Below, one piece after another: positions 1 to 7,301 of a DNA stretch of 20,000 bases; positions within the stretch are counted from its first letter, which is position 1; each line of letters starts with the position of its first letter. The DNA is from an uncultured virus (IMG/VR IMGVR_UViG_3300025150_000005). Taxonomy: Duplodnaviria; Heunggongvirae; Uroviricota; Caudoviricetes. Below the pieces are notes generated by a model. The model had not been told where the DNA came from, made no database searches, and worked only from the letters and a program-made list of their open reading frames with translations. The translations under genes and the position numbers were made by a program. The stretch lies in the IMG/VR virus record IMGVR_UViG_3300025150_000005. One strand, 5' to 3'.

Positions 1-1166
1 GTGCTGTCCACAGGGCGACACGGATCATCGTACGGCAGTGTGGTCCGTCGCCAGAGACGCCCGTCCGGCGTCTCCAGGAGATCGGCTGCTAAACTCCCGC
101 GTAGCTCTTGGACGTAGGCTTCCAGGGAACGCGCCGCGGTGCGTCGGAAGTGGTCTCGGTCGCGCGCAACGGTGCTCAGCTCGAACGGGCTGTATGCAAC
201 CGTCGGTTCGTAGACGCGCAACGCGAGTCGGAGCAGCCGCTCCTGCAAGTCCTCGCCGTGCTCATGTACGTGCTCCGGCTCGTAGTCGACCTCCGACCCC
301 GCAGTGGTGTCCCGCGCCTCCAGAGCTTCCGCAAGAAAACCTTCCAACCAATCCCCGATCTCAGCTGCACGTTCCCAGTGTGTCGTTGCGCGTTCGTGTA
401 GTCCGTGCGTCTCGGCCGTCTCAGCTTCACGCTCGTGATGATCAAGCTGCGCCCAGGCCGCGCGAAGCCGCTCGCGATCGCGCACTGAGAGCGCCGCCCA
501 CAGCACCTGGACGTCAACATCATCCAGGTCGACACCTGACGCGTTCGCGCGGGACCTTCGAGCATGACCGAGCCGCACGCCAGCATTCTCCCGCGGCGAC
601 TCGCCTCTGGACTTGACCTCCAGGAGCATTCGATGAACAAGGCTGCCGCCGTTCGCAGTCCGCGTCCGCCCGTGAACCTCGACAACCCAGAAGTCCGGCC
701 CCTGGCGCTTGCGCACGATGGTGATCGCAGTCAGCGCTGGGTTGTGCTGTCGAGCGGCTGAAAGTGCGGCGCGATCCACGTCGTCGGCACTCGGATCGCC
801 TCCGTTTCGACGCGCGGCTCGGATCGGCGTGATGGTGACCACACCGTGGTCTGCCATCGCCGCGTTGACGTCGGGGAGGTCGTCGTAGTGGAGCGTCGAT
901 TGGAGCCCAACAGCCCGAATCACCTTGGCCCTGTCAGAGCCAGTAAGGTACACTCCAGTGACTGGTAGGTCATACTGGCGGACGGCATCGGCGACCGAGA
1001 GCGGTGCGAGCTTGTCCGTACGACGCGACCGCGCGCTCACGATGTAGCACTTGGCGTGTCGAGCGTCTGCGCGTAAGCGTTCGTGCATGTACGCGATCGG
1101 CTTGCCGCTCGGCGTGAACAGCGTGTCGTCGAAGTCGTAGGTGACGACAAGCGGACTGCGGTTCAT
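1..1166 (-). CDS. Multidomain protein with N-terminal HAD-superfamily phosphatase domain (partial, runs off the left edge)
   Basis: Hand-translated open frame from ATG at 1166 to the window edge (>=388 codons, no stop; absent from the ORF track). It starts MNRSPLVVTYDFDDTLF (HAD motif I DxD), then CYIVSAR (motif II), K (motif III) and LHYDD (motif IV). It begins 3 nt after the stop of 1170..1781. Confidence 0.8.
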   Translation of the reverse strand, partial: MNRSPLVVTYDFDDTLFTPSGKPIAYMHERLRADARHAKCYIVSARSRRTDKLAPLSVADAVRQYDLPVTGVYLTGSDRAKVIRAVGLQSTLHYDDLPDVNAAMADHGVVTITPIRAARRNGGDPSADDVDRAALSAARQHNPALTAITIVRKRQGPDFWVVEVHGRTRTANGGSLVHRMLLEVKSRGESPRENAGVRLGHARRSRANASGVDLDDVDVQVLWAALSVRDRERLRAAWAQLDHHEREAETAETHGLHERATTHWERAAEIGDWLEGFLAEALEARDTTAGSEVDYEPEHVHEHGEDLQERLLRLALRVYEPTVAYSPFELSTVARDRDHFRRTAARSLEAYVQELRGSLAADLLETPDGRLWRRTTLPYDDPCRPVDS

Positions 1167-1169
1167 CAA

Positions 1170-1781
1170 TCACGCCGCCGAGCGCGTCCCGCGCTGAGAC
1201 GTCGCTGCCCGAACCAGTGCGATGACAACTGCGGGCAGCGGGAACGCGTAGGCACCACCTGCCCACATCCCCAGCGACAGCGGGGACGCGCCACGGCTGG
1301 CCTCTAGGCCAACCGTCAGACCCACCGCGACCGTGCTGGCGAGCCCACCAATGAGCATGGTCGTGATCTGATTGCCGAAGGTCGCAGCGCCGAGCGAGCA
1401 CGCCGGGGGCGCCTTTCGGAGCGGCTGACCACCAGACGCCATCAACTGGTGCGCGCGCGAGACGTGCTGGAGCGCACGCTCCGCGTACTCGGCCCCCCAC
1501 ATCCCCAAGTCACGCTGTGCGCGCTGGGTGAGCTGCGCAACGTCACGCAGGTAGGCTGGGTTCCAGTTGACGGGTGCACCCGCAGGCGTCGGCCCGACGC
1601 GATTCAGGAGCGACTGCAGGATGTTGGCGAGGTCACCTTGAATGCGCTCGCGCAGGATCGGATCGCCGGCCCGCATTGAACGCCCCCCACGCGTCAGCAC
1701 GATCAGGGCGCTACCCGCCCCCGCGAGGGCTGTGGTGATCGGGTCACGGTGCGCGACGGGCATCATCGGCGAAGTGTTCAT
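1170..1781 (-). CDS. Hypothetical membrane protein
   Basis: 203-aa ORF with hydrophobic segments (ITTALAGAGSALIVL; MLIGGLASTVAVGLTVGL; AYAFPLPAVVIALV); co-oriented with its neighbours. Confidence 0.65.
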   Translation of the reverse strand: MNTSPMMPVAHRDPITTALAGAGSALIVLTRGGRSMRAGDPILRERIQGDLANILQSLLNRVGPTPAGAPVNWNPAYLRDVAQLTQRAQRDLGMWGAEYAERALQHVSRAHQLMASGGQPLRKAPPACSLGAATFGNQITTMLIGGLASTVAVGLTVGLEASRGASPLSLGMWAGGAYAFPLPAVVIALVRAATSQRGTRSAA

Positions 1782-1825
1782 GGAAAGGGAGACTAACCGG
1801 ATCTGTGCGGCTCTGCAACAGCCTC

Positions 1826-2434
1826 TCAGATTCGACGGTACGCCGAGATCCGACTGCGCGAAGGTAGCCCCCCCAGCGACAAGATCCCCACCGCCCGCTG
1901 CTTCACCAGCGACCGCGCACGAGCCCGCGCGATCATCTGCACCACCAACGCCCGCACCGCGATCACGAGCCCCAGTGCGGTCTGCGCCTGAGGCCCCGCT
2001 GACCGGAGCTGCAGGTCGTAGCTCGACGACGCGCCTGGCATCCGCAAGGTGACCCCCTGCGGCATCATCGACGTCACTGCCCCCGGACTACTGGCCCCAA
2101 ACGGCGACAGTGGCGGCGGTGCAAACCCCAGTCCTCCCTGCACTCGAAGTCGGCGCCTGGGCGGCCGAAGGCCACCGAGGCCCGACGCCCCGGACAACCG
2201 GATGGCGCCGAGTGTGAGGCGCGCCCGCCAGATCAGGCCCACTGCCTTGCGCACGTCCGGATCATCCACCGACGACAGCGCGGACTCGATGTCGTCGAGG
2301 CCAGTCAAGATCCCGTCAACTCGGCCCGAGCCGTAGCCCTGGCCGACACGCAGATCCATTGCGAGGCGTTGGATCTGTGGGATCACAGCGTTGAGGCGCA
2401 TGAAGATGTAGTCGAGATTGGCGGTCTGGCGCAT
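1826..2434 (-). CDS. Hypothetical protein (GLG motifs, basic C-terminus)
   Basis: 202-aa ORF in the same operon; contains SGLGGL and GGLGF. Confidence 0.65.
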   Translation of the reverse strand: MRQTANLDYIFMRLNAVIPQIQRLAMDLRVGQGYGSGRVDGILTGLDDIESALSSVDDPDVRKAVGLIWRARLTLGAIRLSGASGLGGLRPPRRRLRVQGGLGFAPPPLSPFGASSPGAVTSMMPQGVTLRMPGASSSYDLQLRSAGPQAQTALGLVIAVRALVVQMIARARARSLVKQRAVGILSLGGLPSRSRISAYRRI

Positions 2435-2467
2435 GTGGGCCAGGATAGCTGGCCGACTGACGTGGCG

Positions 2468-2959
2468 CTAGATCGGACGAACAGCGCGACCGATCGCGAA
2501 GCCGAGTCCGATCCCGAGGAGACCGACGATCACGGACGTCGCGTCGACCGGGCTTCCGCCGCCGTCGAGCCCGTCGTCCGCACCGAAGCCCGAGAAGGGC
2601 GATGCTGGCGATCCGTACATCGCGGCGCGCTTCCGCGCGACGGCCTTGCGACTCGTGTCCAACCGCTGGCCGTACCGGACTCCAGTGTCCTCGTCGATCC
2701 GGTACCCCGGGACGTACTGACGTGCGCCACTCGCGATGGCCGCCCCAAGCCCGTCGAGCCCGTCAGCGACACCCTGGAAGTAGGCCGGGGAGGTGACCGC
2801 GCGCTTCCGTGCAACGGCCTTGGCGCTGTTGTCCCAGCGTCGCCCGTAGATCTGCCCCGTGTCCTTGTTGATGATGTAGTTGTGGTTCGCCGTGGTGCTC
2901 CCGTCACGGAAGACAACGGCCGCCCCGAGTCCATCATTGCGATCTTCGACGTAGAACAC
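2468..2959 (-). CDS. Hypothetical protein with ~58-aa internal duplication and C-terminal transmembrane helix
   Basis: GTG start downstream of a strong promoter. Duplicated unit Y-x-I-xx-DTG-xx-YG-x-R-x-D-x-S-x-KAVARKRA; C-terminal VIVGLLGIGLGFAIGR. Confidence 0.75.
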   Translation of the reverse strand: MFYVEDRNDGLGAAVVFRDGSTTANHNYIINKDTGQIYGRRWDNSAKAVARKRAVTSPAYFQGVADGLDGLGAAIASGARQYVPGYRIDEDTGVRYGQRLDTSRKAVARKRAAMYGSPASPFSGFGADDGLDGGGSPVDATSVIVGLLGIGLGFAIGRAVRPI

Positions 2960-2998
2960 TGTGACCGTCCCTGAGAGAAAGTGCCGACTGTTGTGGAC

Positions 2999-3027
2999 AG
3001 TATCAGGGGAGGGGGTCCCTCTGTCAA
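2999..3027 (-). promoter_or_regulatory. Sigma70-type promoter for the left-hand operon
   Basis: Minus strand TTGACA (3027-3022), 17-bp spacer, GATACT (3004-2999), about 40 nt upstream of the GTG at 2959. Confidence 0.7.
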
Positions 3028-3045
3028 GGGGCCTAGATCAGATCG

Positions 3046-3159
3046 CTAGAACAACGAATTGAGCAGCCAATAGCCGAGCCCCCAGCACAGCGCCGCGATC
3101 GGGACCCCCCAGAAGCACCCGTAAGCCGCGCCCACGTCCTGATCGTCACCATCGCTCAT
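3046..3159 (-). CDS. Small membrane peptide (37 aa)
   Basis: Hand-translated MSDGDDQDVGAAYGCFWGVPIAALCWGLGYWLLNSLF*. The ATG is 2 nt after the stop of the upstream gene; acidic N-terminus plus one hydrophobic helix. Confidence 0.55.
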   Translation of the reverse strand: MSDGDDQDVGAAYGCFWGVPIAALCWGLGYWLLNSLF

Positions 3160-3161
3160 GT

Positions 3162-3647
3162 TCAACGCCCCCGCCCGTCTTCCTGCCGCAGCGTCCGCAG
3201 GTGCTCGCGCACGAGCCCCGAGATCTGAAAGAACTCCGTCACGCCCTCGCTGTCACAAACCTCCATCTCGAAGTGGTCCCCGCCTGCCGTCGTGTAGCGG
3301 TAGAGGATTCCACCACGGATCAAGCTCCGCGTGAGCAGCAGCGTGGAGAAGTCTCCCCGTGCCATCGACGCGACGAGTCCGTCCAGCGCTGGATCCAACA
3401 ACACGTTCGCGTGATCAGTTGGGGTCACGTGCACAAGCTCGTCGCCGCGCCAAGCCGCGAAGCAGATCGGGACGATGATGTCGGCCCGGTGGAAGTACAC
3501 GCACAACTGCACGTCAGATGGGCTGAGGTCATCGTCGAACTGGTCGAGGATTTCGTAGATCGCCTCTCGACAGAGGCCAACGAGGGCGTCCGTGTGAGAC
3601 TCGTTCGAGGCGGAGATTACGCGGCTCACGTTCGTCGACACCGCCAT
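3162..3647 (-). CDS. Hypothetical protein
   Basis: About 161-aa ORF with globular composition; start at 3647 or 3653. Confidence 0.65.
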   Translation of the reverse strand: MAVSTNVSRVISASNESHTDALVGLCREAIYEILDQFDDDLSPSDVQLCVYFHRADIIVPICFAAWRGDELVHVTPTDHANVLLDPALDGLVASMARGDFSTLLLTRSLIRGGILYRYTTAGGDHFEMEVCDSEGVTEFFQISGLVREHLRTLRQEDGRGR

Positions 3648-3747
3648 GTGCATTTCGAGTTGCGGCCCTCGGGGTGAGGACTATCGTACTACGAACCTAC
3701 TTCCACCGTCCCCAAGATTCCGCCCGGGGATACCACTCGGAGATCGC

Positions 3748-4686
3748 ATGCACAGTAGCTACTTCAACCAGAACCCGGTGAGCGATGTCACTGGGCGCCC
3801 GAGGTCCCTCCGCACCTACATCCTGGACGGCCTCCGCGCTGCCCTCAACAACCACGTCGGCCTGCACGATCCCACGCACGTCCTGCACGACTTCGAGAGC
3901 CGCCTGTCCGCGGTCCAGGGCTGGTCGTCCGAGGACGCGGAGCGCGTCCTGGACAAGCAGCGCGCCAAGCGGCACAACGAACGGATGTGGCGGGAGGAAG
4001 CCCATGAGTGGCTGACTCAGATGCGGCGCGACGTGCACGCCCTCCGGGACGCGTGTGTGGGCGAGCCCGATGCGCCGCGCGGCCTCTCGACGGTGCTGGA
4101 CGCTGCGTTCAATGGGCTCGAATACGGCGCCCATTTCGCCTACCGCGCGGACCCTGTGACCGAGCCTCCTGGCCTCGACTACGACTACATCACGGCCGCC
4201 GGCTACCAGCAGCGCTGCATCACCTACCTGGAGGGCGAGGTCAAGCACAACCGCGTGCAGGTGCACGTGTTCAACGCACGCCACGCCGAGATGGTCCAGA
4301 CCATCGAATTCCTCAAGGCCAACCTGCCAACCCCCACCGAGGACGAGGCGCGGATGGAGCAGGATCCGCAGAAGGCGCTGCGTGACCTCTTCCATGTGCC
4401 AGGGTGCGATGCGTCGCCGGGCGATTCGGCGGCCCTCGCCATGTTCACCCAGAGCATCGAAGGCATGAACTCGGAGATCCTCTTCGCCTTCGGGCCCCTC
4501 ATGGCCTTCGTCGCGAGGGACACTGCGACCCACGACATCCTGCACGCGGCAGCGACTGGTGTCTGGCCCACCCTCGGGGACCGTATCCGCGCGACGGAGA
4601 ACCCCGAGCTGCTGACGGCCTTCGAGCAGGTGGACCAGCTGATGCGCGAGGCCCAGGCGCGACGGGATCGCGGCGAGGTCGGCTGA
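3748..4686 (+). CDS. Hypothetical alpha-helical protein
   Basis: Long ORF with strong GC3 bias; GGAG upstream of ATG 3748 favours this start over 3646. Confidence 0.75.
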   Translation: MHSSYFNQNPVSDVTGRPRSLRTYILDGLRAALNNHVGLHDPTHVLHDFESRLSAVQGWSSEDAERVLDKQRAKRHNERMWREEAHEWLTQMRRDVHALRDACVGEPDAPRGLSTVLDAAFNGLEYGAHFAYRADPVTEPPGLDYDYITAAGYQQRCITYLEGEVKHNRVQVHVFNARHAEMVQTIEFLKANLPTPTEDEARMEQDPQKALRDLFHVPGCDASPGDSAALAMFTQSIEGMNSEILFAFGPLMAFVARDTATHDILHAAATGVWPTLGDRIRATENPELLTAFEQVDQLMREAQARRDRGEVG

Positions 4687-4695
4687 CGAGGCGGG

Positions 4696-5046
4696 CTAGG
4701 TGGCATCGGCCTTCGGTTCGGCGCCACCTAGCAGCCTGTACTCCACCGAACGCCCCTCGCGCTCCGCACGCAGGATCCCCACTGTCATCCCCGGCGACAC
4801 CCCGCGATCCGCGTAGACCACAGTGGCCTCGGCCTTCGCCCCCCAGGCCAACCCTGCTTCGATGCCCAGCATGCGCTCTGTACGCACCTTGTCGTCCAGG
4901 ACGAGCGGGTACAGCGCGTGGGACGCGAACGGTGCCTCACCACGAGCGAGGCAATCTCGCATCGCTTGCTTGAGGTACTCGAAGTTCGCTTCCCAGGCCT
5001 CTGGCGTGACGCCTGCGAACGGTGATTCGATCAGTACCAGTCTCAT
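4696..5046 (-). CDS. Nucleoside 2-deoxyribosyltransferase-like fold phage protein (DUF4406/DUF7768-like)
   Basis: MRLVLIESPFAG...RGEAPFASHALY...LDD...ER..GI.AGLAW...VY.DRGVS.GM matches a common phage family pattern; GGAG upstream of ATG 5046. Confidence 0.7.
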   Translation of the reverse strand: MRLVLIESPFAGVTPEAWEANFEYLKQAMRDCLARGEAPFASHALYPLVLDDKVRTERMLGIEAGLAWGAKAEATVVYADRGVSPGMTVGILRAEREGRSVEYRLLGGAEPKADAT

Positions 5047-5614
5047 GTCGTACTGCTCCGTCAGACCTGGAGTCCCAGGGCTTGCGCGCGGGGTTGGAGG
5101 ATGTCGTAGGAGACCCGCCGGGTCCACGCTGCGTCCATGAGCGCGTTGTGGGCGACGTGCTCGTCCAGCTTCGGGAACTGTCGAACCCCCAGCAGGTCGC
5201 TGAGCTGCTTGATGTCCTTTGTGTGCATCGGCATCCCCTCAGGCAGCTTGGCCATCGTCCCGAACAGCCAGCAGAGCATGACGTGGTCGTAGGCCGCGTA
5301 GTAGCCCCACAACTCGGTATGCACGCGCTCGGATGGTCCGATGAAGCGAAGCACCGCGTCGCGGATCTCCCGGCACGTCATCCACGTGGGGTCGTCAGGG
5401 TCGGGCAGCTTCTGGAGCACGTTCTGCCGCACCCAGCCGTTTGCCAGAGAGAAGTCGGCTTCGCGGTTGCAGCAGTGTAGGTCCGCTCGACCATTCGCGT
5501 TGACCATGTCGATCGAGATCAGTTCCAACCTTGGCTATCCGGTTGCCTCAGAATCGGCCCGGCCGGCCAGGATCCTGGGATCCAGACCGGCCCCAGCTTC
5601 TCCCACGCGACCCC

Positions 5615-5875
5615 CTACCCGATGGTCACCCGGAAGCTGGCGACACCGCCCTTCTCGGGGACTTCCACGTCGACTCGACGGGCTCGGAAGTTCCAGACCG
5701 TCTGTCGCCCATGCAGATACGCGATCTCGAACCGATCCGATACGGTGCCACTCTTGTCGTACAGCGCGACTTCCAGAGTTCCACGCTTCATCTCCACGCG
5801 GACCTTAGAGGGGTCAGGGCCGCGTACCACTTCAATGATCCCACCATCCTCGCGTAGTCGGTAACTCGTATTCAT
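5615..5875 (-). CDS. IS passenger protein (86 aa, beta-rich hypothetical)
   Basis: GAGG 6 nt upstream of ATG 5875; MNTSYRLREDGGIIEVVRG...VASFRVTIG. Confidence 0.55.
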   Translation of the reverse strand: MNTSYRLREDGGIIEVVRGPDPSKVRVEMKRGTLEVALYDKSGTVSDRFEIAYLHGRQTVWNFRARRVDVEVPEKGGVASFRVTIG

Positions 5876-5907
5876 GTTGTCCTCGATGATGGTTTCCTGA
5901 GAGACGT

Positions 5908-6165
5908 TTAGCGTCTCGTCAGAATCAGTCTGCCGGGCAACCACAACCGCCACCTCGACGGGCCGCGAACGGCCAAGCTGAGGCGCACTGGACCCTTGTC
6001 AGAGCGGCCACGATCCACTATGGTCGTGACTGGCTTGGGCGCTCTGATTCGACCAGTGCGCACACCCGAAGCCGCTTGGGCTGCAATCCCGAGCGGCTTC
6101 AACTTTTCTACGGTAGTCGTTCGACGGATCGTAATCCAACCGTTTTCGACGCATTCGATAGGCAC
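5908..6165 (-). CDS. Possible IS passenger ORF (85 aa, basic)
   Basis: GTG start 17 nt after the transposase stop; no recognisable motif. Confidence 0.3.
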   Translation of the reverse strand: MPIECVENGWITIRRTTTVEKLKPLGIAAQAASGVRTGRIRAPKPVTTIVDRGRSDKGPVRLSLAVRGPSRWRLWLPGRLILTRR

Positions 6166-6182
6166 CTACAAACGTAGGTCCC

Positions 6183-6550
6183 TCAGTCCTCGACGAACCC
6201 GAACCTCATCAGGTCTTCGGGCAACACGCTGGTCCAGCCACCACCCGGGTTCTCCCTCACAGGCGCTGTGCCGTCGTAGTGACCTCGATACGTCACGGCG
6301 TCCGCCCCCGTCCCGATCTGTAGCAGCGTGCAGAACGACCGCATCCGGGCGAAGCGCCGATTGAAGCGGAAGACGTACTCGTTGAGGTACTCCTGAAGGT
6401 GCTTCTTCCGCACGGCCCCGTGGTACGTGCCCAGGATCCATGCCTTCAGGTTTGAGATCACGAGGTGAACCAGTGGCACCCAACTCTCGATGGTCACCTT
6501 GTCCTTCCTCGTGACGAGCCACTCGTGAACGAATCCAAACTCTGGCGAGC
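6183..6550 (-). pseudogene. IS1595-family transposase, C-terminal remnant
   Basis: VPLVHLVISNLKAWILGTYHGAVRKKHLQEYLNEYVFRFNRR is the typical IS1595 C-terminal motif. The frame is closed by a TGA near 6553; the Zn-finger, HTH and first catalytic aspartates are missing. Confidence 0.85.
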
Positions 6551-6904
6551 TTCAAGCGAGGCCCGGCGGAAGTTGCCGCTTCATCACTGGATGCAGGATT
6601 ACCCTACAGGGGGTTTCGGGAGGTGCTGCGAGTCCACATGCAGTCGTCGAGGTCGCACGAGTCGACCAGCCCGAGTGAGGTCGAGGCGTAGGCGCGATTA
6701 CAGTCGGGTAAGACATTCTGCGCGCAGTTGGCCTAGTTTACCGAGGCTATCGAGGGTACACTGGTCGAAGTGAATCCCGGGACCCGGATCTGCGTGTGCG
6801 CCAGTGTGGGCTGGGGGTCATTCTGAGGCAACCGGATAGCCAAGGTTCCAACTGCCCTGGGGCTTCCATGAACTCGGTGTCGTAGAAGAATCGGCGCGTT
6901 GGCT

Positions 6905-7021
6905 TCATGTGAACAACTCCTTCAGGAACGCTGGCACCTGTCGCCAGACAGTCGGGCTGACCAGACAGCTCAACAGGAAGCGCCACTGGTCGAGGTAGTC
7001 GAGGATCGCGTCAGTGCGCAT
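6905..7021 (-). CDS. Small hypothetical protein (38 aa)
   Basis: MRTDAILDYLDQWRFLLSCLVSPTVWRQVPAFLKELFT*; its stop overlaps the exonuclease start (ATGA). Confidence 0.45.
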   Translation of the reverse strand: MRTDAILDYLDQWRFLLSCLVSPTVWRQVPAFLKELFT

Positions 7022-7301
7022 TGGTGCCGCCATGCGGCTCGCAGGCACGCTCGACGACGTGTGCGAGCGCGTAGATACCCGCGATGATGCCGAGCGTGTG
7101 TCCCATAGTAGGCAGTGCCTGCGTGGTCTTACCACAAGGGCAGACAATCTCACCGCAGGGCAGGCTGTTCGGGATCGTCTCGATCGTGAGTGTCGCCGCG
7201 AACTGCGCACAGTGTGGACAGCGCACGGGATTGAGGGTCAACTTGACGGTCTCGGCCATCGTACGGCCAGCGAGGTTGTCGGGGCGGTCTGCCACTTTCA
7301 C
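7011..7301 (-). CDS. Small zinc-ribbon-like protein
   Basis: CPHC...CPC motifs; GTG start overlaps the polymerase stop (GTGA) with GGGGAG upstream. Confidence 0.6.
   Translation of the reverse strand: MKVADRPDNLAGRTMAETVKLTLNPVRCPHCAQFAATLTIETIPNSLPCGEIVCPCGKTTQALPTMGHTLGIIAGIYALAHVVERACEPHGGTNAH

Larger units (their letters stand above)
5530..6844 (-). mobile_element. Non-autonomous IS1595-family element (1315 bp) with passenger ORFs
   Basis: Perfect 25-bp terminal IRs CTTGGCTATCCGGTTGCCTCAGAAT (5530-5554 / 6820-6844), 8-bp direct repeat GTTCCAAC (5522-5529 / 6845-6852), and an internal transposase C-terminal fragment. Confidence 0.92.
5061..6908 (-). pseudogene. DEDDh 3'-5' exonuclease (Rv2179c/DUF5051-like) interrupted by an IS
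   Basis: The 5' part 6908-6845 (MKPTRRFFYDTEFMEAPGQLE) joins in frame to the 3' part 5521-5061 (LISIDMV...LWGYYAAYDHV...HNALMDA) once the element and one TSD copy are removed, giving 525 nt/174 aa. Confidence 0.9.

Noticed and set aside
38..761. Listed ORFs 38..616, 108..401, 176..685 and 564..761
   Set aside because: Shadow frames of the HAD-domain gene. Most other Arg/Pro-rich overlapping ORFs in the track are likewise high-GC artefacts.
3684..3694. Palindrome TCGTACTACGA in a divergent intergenic region, loosely like the 17.2/17.7 kb motif
   Set aside because: Only 5-bp arms and different spacing; compatible with chance.
5061..5528. Standalone 155-aa gene starting at TTG
   Set aside because: The TTG lies in the TSD; the product lacks the ExoI D-x-E motif, which is on the other side of the IS.
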